Source: Ostreococcus lucimarinus
Lineage: Eukaryota
Strand: one strand, 5' to 3'
Length of the DNA: 64,000 bases
NCBI GenBank assembly: GCA_000092065.1
Contig: CP000583.1
Shown here: one piece after another, positions 29,193 to 38,919 of the stretch
Layout: each line of letters opens with the position of its first letter
Position numbering within the stretch: position 1 is the stretch's first letter
Program-made: the position numbers and the translations under genes
Notes under the pieces: model-generated
Database searches by the model: none
Seen by the model: only the letters and a program-made list of their open reading frames with translations
Told to the model about the DNA's origin: nothing

Positions 29193-31259
29193 ATGGCGCG
29201 CGTCGCGGCGTTCGCGATCGGCGTCGTCGCGGGCGCGAGCGCGTGCGTCGCGGGCGCCGCGCGCGCGGGATCGGCGCGCGGTGGCGGCGGCGACGGCGAC
29301 GCGCGCGCGGGCGGCGCGCGCGCGCGCGCGGCGGAGGCGAGCGCGCGGAGGCGCGCGGAGGACGAAGGCAAGACGCGCGCGGACGACGCGGACGACGGGG
29401 AGGACGGGGAGGACGGGGAGGACGAGACGCGGGTGGTGGTGTACGCCACGCGAACGGGGACGGCGAGGCGGTACGCGGCGACGATTCGACGACGGTTGAA
29501 CGATGAAGACGCGGCCGCGACGGGAGGAAAGCGAGGATACGCGCTCTTGGACGCGGCGAGCTTGGTGGATCCGGAAAAAGTGCTGGCGGGGGGGAAGAGG
29601 GTCGTCGCGATATTCGTGGTGAGCACGCACGACGGCGGCGAGGCGCCGGAATCGAGCGCGTGGTTCGCCCGTTGGGCGCGAGAGGCGGCGTACGATGAAC
29701 GCACGGGATGGATGTACTTGAAAAACGTGCGTTATGCGGTGTTCGGGTGCGGGAATAGGGAGTATGGGGATAACTTCAACCGAGCGGGGCGAGAGTTGGA
29801 CGCGCAGTTGGCGCGCATGGGGGGCGAACGCTTGGCGCGACGGTGCGACGGGGATGAAGCGAGCGGACGGATGGAGAAGCAGTTCGAGGAGTGGGGGGAA
29901 AAAGTTATCCGTCGGTTGTCAAATTCTACCGCATCGAGCGGGGACGATGCAGCGCACTCGCGCGTCGGTGTGGCGGAAGAACGGGACCAGTCTGAATACG
30001 CGAGCGAGGGCGAAGACGACGAGGGGGGGGCGAGCGCGGCAGGGAGCGAGGATGGTCAAGATATGGAGGACATCGCCGAAGGTGAGGGTGGAGAAAAGAA
30101 AGAAATGGTGACTGATGCTTTGCGTGGGGCGCTCACGAAGCAAGGTTACAAGATTCTTGGATCTCACTCGGGCGTGAAACTTTGTCGATGGACCAAGGCG
30201 ATGCTTCGCGGCAGAGGAGGTTGCTACAAACACACTTTCTACGGCATCGAAAGTCATCGATGCATGGAAACGACGCCGTCGCTTGCGTGTGCGAATAAGT
30301 GTACATTTTGTTGGCGGCATCACACGAATCCTGTCGGGAAAACGTGGCGTTGGCAGATGGACGATCCCTTGGAACTTGTCGAAGCCGCGGTTTCCGAGCA
30401 TTGCAAGATGGTGAAGCAAATGAAGGGGGTGCCAGGCGTTTTGCCCGAGAAGCTCGAAGAGGGTATGAATCCCAAACATTGTGCATTGTCTCTAGTCGGT
30501 GAACCAATCATGTACCCTGAGATTGGAAAGTTTGTAAGCGAGTTGCACTCGCGAAAAATCAGCACGTTTTTGGTGACGAATGCACAATTCCCTGAGGCAA
30601 TCACAAACTTGCCTCCAATAACGCAACTATACGTCTCTGTCGACGCCGCAACGCCAGAGACCTTGAAAGCAATCGATAGACCGCTATTTGCAGACTACTG
30701 GGATCGTTTCATTGGTTCTTTGACATCCTTAAAGGATAAACAACAGCGAACTGTCTACCGCTTGACACTCGTCTCGGGATGGAACATGGAAGAAGTTGCG
30801 GCGTACGCCAAGTTGATAGACCTCGGCCAACCCGATTTTATCGAGATCAAAGGCGTGACATACTGTGGAAGTAGTGATGCATCGTCACTCACGATGAAAA
30901 ACGTCCCTTATCACAAGGATGTGTGTGAATTTGGCGAGGCTATTGTCAATCTTCGTCGACGCGAAAACGGCGAGGAAGAATACGGCTTGGCGTGCGAGCA
31001 CGCGCATTCTTGCTGCATCTTGCTTGCTCGAACAGACAGGTACAAAATAGATGACGAGTGGTACACATGGATTGATTATGACAAATTTCAAACCCTCGTA
31101 GCGAGTGGAGAAAAGTTCAAAGCGCTCGACTATATCGAGCGGACGCCGAGCTGGGCGACGTATGGCGCGGAAGAAGCAGGATTTGACCCAGAGCAAACGC
31201 GCCATCGTAAAGTTCGTAATCACCCAGGGAAGTTAACGAGCGACGAACCGCCAGAATAG
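29193..31259 (+). CDS. TYW1: tRNA wybutosine-synthesizing protein 1 (TYW1; flavodoxin + radical-SAM)
   Basis: ATG at 29193; 688 aa. N-terminal hydrophobic anchor '[18 protein letters not shown]'. Flavodoxin-like '[15 protein letters not shown] ... [14 protein letters not shown]'. Radical-SAM '[14 protein letters not shown]' and '[12 protein letters not shown]'. Wyosine-base C-domain '[10 protein letters not shown]'. Confidence 0.92.
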   Translation: MARVAAFAIGVVAGASACVAGAARAGSARGGGGDGDARAGGARARAAEASARRRAEDEGKTRADDADDGEDGEDGEDETRVVVYATRTGTARRYAATIRRRLNDEDAAATGGKRGYALLDAASLVDPEKVLAGGKRVVAIFVVSTHDGGEAPESSAWFARWAREAAYDERTGWMYLKNVRYAVFGCGNREYGDNFNRAGRELDAQLARMGGERLARRCDGDEASGRMEKQFEEWGEKVIRRLSNSTASSGDDAAHSRVGVAEERDQSEYASEGEDDEGGASAAGSEDGQDMEDIAEGEGGEKKEMVTDALRGALTKQGYKILGSHSGVKLCRWTKAMLRGRGGCYKHTFYGIESHRCMETTPSLACANKCTFCWRHHTNPVGKTWRWQMDDPLELVEAAVSEHCKMVKQMKGVPGVLPEKLEEGMNPKHCALSLVGEPIMYPEIGKFVSELHSRKISTFLVTNAQFPEAITNLPPITQLYVSVDAATPETLKAIDRPLFADYWDRFIGSLTSLKDKQQRTVYRLTLVSGWNMEEVAAYAKLIDLGQPDFIEIKGVTYCGSSDASSLTMKNVPYHKDVCEFGEAIVNLRRRENGEEEYGLACEHAHSCCILLARTDRYKIDDEWYTWIDYDKFQTLVASGEKFKALDYIERTPSWATYGAEEAGFDPEQTRHRKVRNHPGKLTSDEPPE

Positions 31260-31286
31260 ACTATAGACTAATGTGTTATTACACCT

Positions 31287-33131
31287 TTAACTCCCTGCGT
31301 GAGCCGCGGAGGCGACGTCGTTGCCGTACGCCGCGATGTTCTCTTCCAAAGTATCCAAGAGATGTCGCGAAGCCGCGGGCATGAACGCCTCGAGAACACA
31401 AAGTGAAGGCTTCACAACCAACTTGATAAAACCTAGCTGGTTGGATTGTGTGCTAGCCGGTCCCGCCAGACTTCTGTCCATGAAGGGTTCTACTCGCATC
31501 CCGAGTTTGCGTTGGCGATCTCCCTGCTTGTAGAACTCAGCCGTGACGGCTTGCGCCCAAGCCAACGCTAGCTCGTACGGGCGGGCGGGATTACTAATAT
31601 CTGCGCAATGTAGCGCGAATGCTAACGGTACCCAAATATTTTGCCACTGTTTAATCGGTTTGATACTATTCGTTTCCTCATCTTGTTCGTCCTCGATTTC
31701 CTTCAGCATTCGCTGCGTCAGCTCGCCATGGAACTCCATGTCGGTGTACATGATCATCTTTTGTAACCACTTCTTCAAGTCCGACTGCTCGGAATCTGTA
31801 AATTTCGCTAGCACCGCGTGCTTCTTGAGCAACGAAAAAGCTGTGAACAAGTGACCATTCTCGTTGACGCTCACATCGTTCCAACGCTCCGCCTCCGCGG
31901 ATTTACAGTTGACGAGAAATGTGTTGTTGACTCCAGGATGTCCCACATCGTGAGACATGGCGGCAACAAGCATTGCAAAAGTGTGTATAGGCTCAATCTG
32001 GGACTCTAAACTTGTCTCGATGAGATAAGCCGCGGCTTGAGTCACGTCGGTGGCGTGAACGCGATTGTGATAATCGTTGTCGCGATATTTCCTCTCAATG
32101 TCTGCAATAAAGTTTGAGACAGAATTGCGATCCAAAGGTAAAGCATGAAACAAATTGAAACGGTCAAACAAACCCATACTAAGCGTTTGAAGCGGACCTT
32201 TACGTCCGCGCTCGCACTCGCTGGCGAATTTGTAGATGTCGAACGACGTCCAACTCGTGTACATCGGATTCCTGCCTACATCGGCGAAAATTGTATTCAT
32301 GGACCCTCCCGGACTGTCCTCATCTCGCACGCCTTCACTGCTCGCCCGCGAAGGTAAAGAAGCGGCAGAATGATTTTGGCTCTGGATGTGATTTCTTGGT
32401 CCTCGCATCTCGATCGCCAACTGCGCCATGTTTTGCGCGAGCATGAGCGAGGAGTTGTCCGCCGTGAAAAACTGTTCGACGAAGCCTTTCGCGACTGGAT
32501 CGAGCAGATCCACCGCCGCCTGTTTGCTCGCCAAACTTCCATGAATCTGTAAAATCAACGCGTTCGCTAAACTCAGCGCGTTGGCGATCGCCTGTAACGT
32601 ATCTAATGGATCGCTATCTGAGCCGTGAGCGCGCTTGGAAGCTTCGAGGTCCACGAGACGGCGAACGGTGTGAAACATCGTGCGATACACCGAGTTCTCC
32701 GCAGCCGTCGACGTCCCCGGAACGAATTCACCGGTTTCCTCGTCCGCGATGATCTCATCGATCGCCGCATCCACCAACGCTTTCTTCGAGTTTGTCATCG
32801 TCGCGCCGGCGGCGGCTTGCCTGTACAGTTCGAGCGACCGTCTTCGAAGACTCTTTCGCCCCGGCGGTACCCGCGGGCTCGCGCTCGACGTCGCGAACTC
32901 CGTCAGCGTATCGCGAGACTCATAATCATCCAATTCGCTCGACTGCGACATCCGCTCGGTCCCCACCGCCCGAGTCGACCCGTTCTCGCTCAGCTCCCCG
33001 CTCCGCGCGCCCTTCGGCGACGTCGTCCCGTCCGCGCCGTCCCGAAGCGACCGTCTCCCCTCCGCGCTCGCGTTCTCCCTCCCCTCGTCCGAAGACGCTC
33101 GCGTCGACGTCTTCTTTCGAAAAAACCCCAT
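31287..33131 (-). CDS. Class I 3',5'-cyclic-nucleotide phosphodiesterase
   Basis: ATG at 33131 ('MGFFRKK', Gly2); 614 aa. HD-type catalytic motifs 'YHNRVHATDVTQ', 'AAMSHDVGHPGVNN', 'LHCADISNPARP', 'EFYKQGD'. Confidence 0.9.
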   Translation of the reverse strand: MGFFRKKTSTRASSDEGRENASAEGRRSLRDGADGTTSPKGARSGELSENGSTRAVGTERMSQSSELDDYESRDTLTEFATSSASPRVPPGRKSLRRRSLELYRQAAAGATMTNSKKALVDAAIDEIIADEETGEFVPGTSTAAENSVYRTMFHTVRRLVDLEASKRAHGSDSDPLDTLQAIANALSLANALILQIHGSLASKQAAVDLLDPVAKGFVEQFFTADNSSLMLAQNMAQLAIEMRGPRNHIQSQNHSAASLPSRASSEGVRDEDSPGGSMNTIFADVGRNPMYTSWTSFDIYKFASECERGRKGPLQTLSMGLFDRFNLFHALPLDRNSVSNFIADIERKYRDNDYHNRVHATDVTQAAAYLIETSLESQIEPIHTFAMLVAAMSHDVGHPGVNNTFLVNCKSAEAERWNDVSVNENGHLFTAFSLLKKHAVLAKFTDSEQSDLKKWLQKMIMYTDMEFHGELTQRMLKEIEDEQDEETNSIKPIKQWQNIWVPLAFALHCADISNPARPYELALAWAQAVTAEFYKQGDRQRKLGMRVEPFMDRSLAGPASTQSNQLGFIKLVVKPSLCVLEAFMPAASRHLLDTLEENIAAYGNDVASAAHAGS

Positions 33132-33237
33132 CTCGCGCCGTCCGCCTCGTCCTCACCGCCGCGCGCGCGTCCTCGAGCGATCTCCGGCCCGCCTCGCGAT
33201 GAATCCTCGATGAATCCCCGCGTCGCGTCGTTCGACG

Positions 33238-33277
33238 CCCCGCGATCCCGCGATCCCGCGATCCCGCGATCCCGCGA
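33238..33277. repeat. (CCCGCGAT)n octanucleotide tandem repeat
   Basis: 'cccgcgatcccgcgatcccgcgatcccgcgat', read directly. A (CGTCGC)5 array follows at about 33348-33378. Confidence 0.9.
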
Positions 33278-33478
33278 TTCGCGTCGCCTCGCGCGTCGTC
33301 GACCGCCGCGTCGTCGTCCCTCCGTCGACGCGCGCGATGAAGTCCCGCGTCGCCGTCGCCGTCGCCGTCGCCGTCGCGCGCGGGATAAACCCTAAGCGAC
33401 GCTTCACGACGCTTCACTCATGGGCTTTATCATCGCTCGAATGCGACGAAAACCATACGAGATCCGATCGGGCGATCG

Positions 33479-33554
33479 CGCGCGCCGATCGACGCACACC
33501 CGCGTGTGCGAATCCCGCGCGCGCCGATCGACGCACACCCGCGTGTGCGAATCC
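33479..33554. repeat. Exact 37-bp tandem duplication, each copy containing a 7-bp-stem inverted repeat
   Basis: 'cgcgccgatcgacgcacacccgcgtgtgcgaatcc' at 33481 and again at 33518 (period 37). Internal palindrome 'cgcacac-ccgc-gtgtgcg' (33493-33510 in copy 1). Confidence 0.9.
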
Positions 33555-33845
33555 CGCGCGCGCGATCGCCCGATCGGATCTCCCGCGCGAATCGGATCGC
33601 GTCGCGACGCGCGATCGATCTCATGGGCTCGAACATCGCGCGAACGCGAGGAAACCGACCGCGCGGGGATTTATATCATTTATATCGCGCCTCGCCCGCG
33701 CGCGCGCGCGTCCGACGTCGCGCGACAGGTCGCGACGCGCGACACGCGGATCGGATCGCGCGCGCGCCCGACGGTCGTCCGACGACGCGCGAACGAGGAC
33801 GACGCGCGACGCGCGAGACCGCGATCGAACGAGGACGCGCGAAGG

Positions 33846-34991
33846 ATGCGCGCGGCGACGACGACGACGCCGATGTCGCGGGCGATGCGGGCAACCGGTG
33901 TGGATAAACCTCGCGCGGTGCGGGCGTCCGCGGTGCGGGCGCGAGCGACGCGGGGAGGCGCGACGCGCGCGCGGGCGGCGGCGCAAGGGATCGAACAGGA
34001 GGTGAAGATCGACGCGGCGCCGACGACGCTGCTGAGAGAGGGATCGGGCGAGGAGGGGGACGCGACGCAGATGCGGGCGAGGTTTGAGAAGATGATTCGC
34101 GCGGCGCAAAATGAGATTTGCGACGCGATCACGGCGTTGGATGGGAAGCCGTTTCACGAGGACGCGTGGACGCGACCGGGTGGTGGTGGTGGGATCTCGC
34201 GCGTGTTGCAAGATGGGAACGTGTTCGAAAAGGCTGGCGTGAACGTGTCGGTGGTGTACGGACAGATGCCGCCCGAGGCGTATCGGGCGGCGACGGGGGA
34301 GGAAGGCGCGTCTAAGGAGATGATTCCGTTCTTCGCGGCGGGTATTTCGAGTGTTATGCACCCGCATAATCCGATGGCGCCGACCGTTCACTTCAACTAC
34401 CGTTATTTCGAGACGGATGCCCCCAAGGGCTCCGCGGGCGCGCCGCGCGCGTGGTGGTTTGGCGGCGGCACGGATTTGACGCCGTCGTACATTTTCGACG
34501 AAGACGTCACGCACTTCCACCAAACTTTGAAGGATATCTGCGATAAGCACGATGGCGAGTTTTACCCGAAGTTCAAGCAATGGGCGGATGATTATTTCAT
34601 GATCAAGCACCGCGGCGAACGTCGCGGCGTCGGCGGCGTCTTCTTTGACGACATGAACGACCGCAGCAAGGATGAACTCCTCGCGTTCGCGACGGACATG
34701 GCGGGCGGTGTCGTCCCGGCGTACGTCCCGCTCGTCGCCAAGCACAAGGACGATGAGTTCACGCCCGAACAACGCGCCTGGCAACAAATGCGCCGCGGTC
34801 GCTACGTCGAGTTCAACCTCGTGTACGACCGCGGGACGACGTTCGGTTTGAAAACCGGCGGTCGCATCGAATCCATCCTCATGTCTCTCCCGCGCTACTG
34901 CGAGTGGCAATACGACCACGCGCCCGAAGCCGGTTCTCGCGAGGCCGACGCGCTCGACGCTTTCAAGAACCCGAGAACGTGGTGCGCGTAA
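33846..34991 (+). CDS. hemF: Oxygen-dependent coproporphyrinogen III oxidase (HemF/CPOX)
   Basis: The track ORF begins at 33420 and reads through the repeat region. In-frame ATG at 33846 ('[18 protein letters not shown]', transit-like), giving 381 aa. '[27 protein letters not shown]', '[14 protein letters not shown]', '[21 protein letters not shown]'. Confidence 0.92.
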   Translation: MRAATTTTPMSRAMRATGVDKPRAVRASAVRARATRGGATRARAAAQGIEQEVKIDAAPTTLLREGSGEEGDATQMRARFEKMIRAAQNEICDAITALDGKPFHEDAWTRPGGGGGISRVLQDGNVFEKAGVNVSVVYGQMPPEAYRAATGEEGASKEMIPFFAAGISSVMHPHNPMAPTVHFNYRYFETDAPKGSAGAPRAWWFGGGTDLTPSYIFDEDVTHFHQTLKDICDKHDGEFYPKFKQWADDYFMIKHRGERRGVGGVFFDDMNDRSKDELLAFATDMAGGVVPAYVPLVAKHKDDEFTPEQRAWQQMRRGRYVEFNLVYDRGTTFGLKTGGRIESILMSLPRYCEWQYDHAPEAGSREADALDAFKNPRTWCA

Positions 34992-35393
34992 GCGCGCCTC
35001 GTCCCTCGAGCGCGTGCTCTCTTAGTTTCGCCTCGTTCCGTCGTCGCGTCGACGCGCGTCGACGCGCCGCCTGCCGAGGCCCCTTTACGCACCATTCAAT
35101 CATTCAAACGACGAAGATTCGAGTTTTAAAATCGAAATCAGAATTCACTCCCGTCGTCCCCGCGTCTCGCGCCCTCTCTCGCCGTCTCGCCCTCGTCCTC
35201 GCGCTCGCCCGCGGGCCACCGGTGGCTCGAGCCTCCGCCTCGCGCCGCGTCGCGTTCCGCACTCCTCCGCGCGCGCGACGTCCGCGCGCTCGACGCCGTC
35301 GCCGAAGAACGTCGACGCGAACGCGCGCGACTTCGTTCGCGCTTTCATCGACACGCACCGAGCTTCGACGCGCGGCGTCGAGCGTCGATCGCG

Positions 35394-36266
35394 ATGGGCG
35401 GAGACTCGTTGGTCGTCACCCCCACGGGAGAGCTTCCGTTTCAGTGTGCGTGCGAACGACGCGCGAGCGCGCGGACGACGCGACGAGACGACGCGCGCGA
35501 CGCGCGCGCGAGAGACGGGATCGCGCGGCGACGCGCGACGCGAACGAGACGGTCGAAGGCGTTCGATCGCGAAGAGATCTTTGAATTTCAAAGTGGATTA
35601 TCGGAGACGCGGACGCGCGAGGCGCGCGTGTGATCGACGCGGTGACGAGGGAAGACGGGAGACTGACGATGAATCGATGAATGCGATGTTTCGCGAAACG
35701 CAGTCGAACTTAGAAAGCAGTGCGCGGCTGAACTGGTGTTGAAGAACCCCACGGGGGCGAAGCAGGCGTTCAAGGTGAAGACGACTTCGCCGAAGAAGTA
35801 TTGCGTCAAGCCAAACACTGGAATCGTCGAGCCCGGGGCCGAGATTAAGGTGACGGTGATGATGCAGGCGCATCGAGAGATGCCGGCGGACTTCAACGCG
35901 TGCAAGGATAAGTTTCTGATCCAATCGACGCCTAGCGGAGACTCTTCGGATATGACTGAGTTGTTCTCGCGACCGCCTACGAGTATCTCCGAGACTCGAC
36001 TTCGCGTGAAGTACGTCATGAGTGGTAAGACCGCGGCGATGGCCGAAGAGGTTACTCTTGCGCCGCCGCCGGCGAACGAGAGCGCGGAGCAGGAGCGGGC
36101 GCGCTTGCAGCGCGATGTGGCTCTCTTGCAGTCGCGAAACAAGGCGCTGGCGAACGACATGAATCTGATGATGAAGAAGGGCGGTAAGAGCATCGTTAAG
36201 GGTTTTACTTTGCTTCACATCTTACTCACGGCCATCTTGGCTTTCGTGCTCGGTCGTTATTTGTAA
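35394..36266 (+). CDS. VAP (VAMP-associated protein) with MSP domain and C-terminal tail anchor; 2 exons: 35394-35445, 35704-36266
   Basis: The track ORF starts at a GTG (35736) inside the MSP domain. Exon 1 'MGGDSLVVTPTGELPFQ' plus 1 nt joins 'tc gaa ctt aga aag' to give '...GELPFQFELRKQCAAELVLKNPTGAKQAFKVKTTSPKKYCVKPNTG', the canonical MSP N-terminus. Coiled coil, then TM 'LLHILLTAILAFVLGRYL'. 204 aa. Confidence 0.85.
35446..35703 (+). other. Spliceosomal intron (VAP, 258 nt, GT-AG)
   Basis: Donor 'cagt|gtgcgtgcg', acceptor 'cgaaacgcag|tcgaac'. Phase 1; creates a Phe codon (t+tc). Homology-supported. Confidence 0.85.
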
Positions 36267-36387
36267 TCTCGAAATGTAGAAACGCCACTCAGAGTTGTGA
36301 CAATGAAAAAAGGTTTGCATTTATATTGAAACAAGCGCGCTTCTATGAATCAAAAGATAGAAGAAAAGATACACAAGACTGAAAAGA

Positions 36388-38103
36388 TTACAACCCGAGC
36401 TGCACGCGCGACTCGGATGATATTTCGTCGACATCTTCGGTTGACGCCTCTTCATCAGAGGTGTTGCCGATCGAGGTGTCGAGTAAACCGGTTTCGTCGC
36501 GCATGCGCTGAACGAAAATTCTGAACGACTCGAAAGCGAACGGACTGAAAAGCTCGGCGTTGAATCTCAAAAACGTGAAACAGGCCATCGGAGGAAGCAT
36601 TGTGCCCTCTCGCCACATTTCCTCGTCGTTGCCCTCTCCAGCGCAATTTTTGATGATTTTATCATACGCTGCCTGATCGAATCGACAGAGCGCGTTTTCG
36701 CCCGCGAAAGGGACATCGAATCGCGCACACGCTGAGCGAATCTGGCGCAATAAACCCTCGGGTCCGCAATAGCAGTACCACGGATGATCGCTGTCGTGCA
36801 TCTCGACACACGTAAAGTTCAAGCGAGCGCCGTGCTTCTTGCAAACTCTCACGATCGGGGCGTAGCCATCGCGTTCGGAAACAAATTCCCCGGCACGAGT
36901 GTTGAAATATCCAGCGGTAAGCTCTGCGGCGTGTGAACGAACGTTATACCACCAATGCACTCCTGCACATTTAATGGCGAGCGTCACTCCGCGTTTATCA
37001 AAGACTCGCTTCGTCATCTCGAGCATCCGATCGCCGTGGTTAACGAGTTCGCTCGAGTACCAAGACAAGAAGAACGATCCATATTCAGAGTCCCAACTAC
37101 CTCCGTCGTAACGAAAGAAACCGGTCTCAAAGGGTAGGTTGTTGTATCCGCCGGTGTCGTGCGGGCCCGATCCGCCCCACTCAATGTGTCCAGCCTCCGA
37201 CGCCGCGCGAGAGAGAGACAGAAGAGAGCGTTGATCGTAACATTGAAATTCACCAATACCGGGAAATCGCCATTGCGATGCTTTTTGCGCAAATCTGTTC
37301 TCTGGATACGCAGGATACCGCAACTCGCCGCATGGTCCGCAGCCGACGGCGATTTCAGTCAGCGTCGTTCCGAGCTCAGCCTTGAAGGTGTTTCTAAAAC
37401 TAATCATGAAGTCCTTGTACGTATTCATCGGTGTTCGTCCGGCCAACGTCGCGGCGTTGTCGGCCCAAAGCGAAATACACTCCGGATTCCGATAGCCGTA
37501 CTGATCGGTGAAGAACAAGTCTGGGTCCTTCTTCCCCGCTTCGAGCACCCAGTCGGGCAAAGGAATTTCCACGACGTCTCCAACGTTCGCCCCGCACGCG
37601 TGAAACGACATCACCGCCTGTACTTTCAAACCAGCGTCTTTTATCATGTCGATAACTTCTCTATACGCCGCCCAGTCGTACTTTCGCGGACCGTCGCGTT
37701 CGACGATGCCCCACCACACGTCGATCATCACGCCCTCGACTCCAATTTCGCTCAGCGCGCGCAACCCACGCTCGAGCGCCTCGGGATCGTTCACCTCACC
37801 ATCATTCGTCACCACGTTTAAAGGAAGCATCACGTACACCGGCACCGGCTTTCGCACGTACTTTGGCTCGAACGAATCCGCCGCCGCGCGTCCCACCTCC
37901 GCCGCGTCCCTCCCGTCGAACGCGCGCGTCCGCGTCATCGTCTCCCGTCGCCCCACCCCAGATCGTCGCTCGACCCACGCGCGTCGTCCGACTCCGCGCT
38001 CGCGTCGCGCGAGTCCTCCTCGCCGTTCGCGCCGCGCGTCCGCGCGCGTCGCGTTCGAAGACGTCCCCGCCGCGCCCACCATTTCCGCCCCCATCGCCCG
38101 CAT
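36388..38103 (-). CDS. BAM: Beta-amylase (GH14), plastid-type presequence
   Basis: ATG at 38103; 571 aa. 'VPVYVMLPL', 'GVMIDVWWGIVE', 'GPCGELRYPAYP', 'GYNNLPFETGFF', 'LNFTCVEM'. Confidence 0.93.
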   Translation of the reverse strand: MRAMGAEMVGAAGTSSNATRADARRERRGGLARRERGVGRRAWVERRSGVGRRETMTRTRAFDGRDAAEVGRAAADSFEPKYVRKPVPVYVMLPLNVVTNDGEVNDPEALERGLRALSEIGVEGVMIDVWWGIVERDGPRKYDWAAYREVIDMIKDAGLKVQAVMSFHACGANVGDVVEIPLPDWVLEAGKKDPDLFFTDQYGYRNPECISLWADNAATLAGRTPMNTYKDFMISFRNTFKAELGTTLTEIAVGCGPCGELRYPAYPENRFAQKASQWRFPGIGEFQCYDQRSLLSLSRAASEAGHIEWGGSGPHDTGGYNNLPFETGFFRYDGGSWDSEYGSFFLSWYSSELVNHGDRMLEMTKRVFDKRGVTLAIKCAGVHWWYNVRSHAAELTAGYFNTRAGEFVSERDGYAPIVRVCKKHGARLNFTCVEMHDSDHPWYCYCGPEGLLRQIRSACARFDVPFAGENALCRFDQAAYDKIIKNCAGEGNDEEMWREGTMLPPMACFTFLRFNAELFSPFAFESFRIFVQRMRDETGLLDTSIGNTSDEEASTEDVDEISSESRVQLGL

Positions 38104-38919
38104 CCCTCCGTCGCTCGCGCTTCCGACGTCCCCGATTCACCGTCGCGTCCTCGCGCGCCGTTCGGTCGCGCGCGCGTCGCGCTTGCCCTCGCCTATCGCG
38201 CGAGCACCGCGTCGATCCCACGAATTCGCGCGTCCGACGACGATTGAATGCGCGGGAAACCTCGTCGTCGTCGCGTCGCGTCGCGCGCGTCCGCGCCCGC
38301 GCGTCGCGGACCCGTCGTCGCGGCGACCGCGATCGTCGCGCGCCTATCGCGCGAGCCGCGAGGCGTCCGCGATCGGCGCGCGCGTCTCTGGCGCGCGCGC
38401 GCGTCGACCGCGGTCGGCACCCGTCGCGATCGTCGGACTGTTTGCCCATAGGAAGGGACGTCCCGACGACGACGCCGTCGTCGGCGCGCGCGCGGCGCGA
38501 CTCGCCGACGCGCGCGCGCCGATCGCCGCATGGAGCCGGCGACGCTGACGGTCCTCGCGATCTGCGCGCTCGCGGGCGCGAAACTGTCCGTCGGGGGGTA
38601 CCTCGCGTGGACGCATCGCGGCGCGTGTCGACGCGAGCGCGGCGGACGCGCGGGCGCGGACGCGCGCGAGGAGGACGCGCGCGAGGACGCGAAGGCGGCG
38701 TGATTCGACGCGCGGGGATCGATCGGGGGCGCGGTCGGTCGGAACGCGCGCGCGCGCGCGCGCGCGGTGTGTTCGCGCTGGGAGTTTCGAGGGACGGTTG
38801 AATTAATCTCGTCGTCGTCGGCGCCGCGAGAAGAGACGCGCGCGCGCGGCGCGAGCGACGGGAGACGATGGGATGGACGGGAAGTTTGAGCGATTTTGCT
38901 ACTAAACGCTCGCTAGAGG

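Noticed and set aside
33387-33395. Telomere-repeat-like 'AAACCCTAA' as evidence of an interstitial telomere or chromosome-end proximity.
   Set aside because: It is a single copy only, in a promoter context, so it is better explained as a telo-box cis-element.
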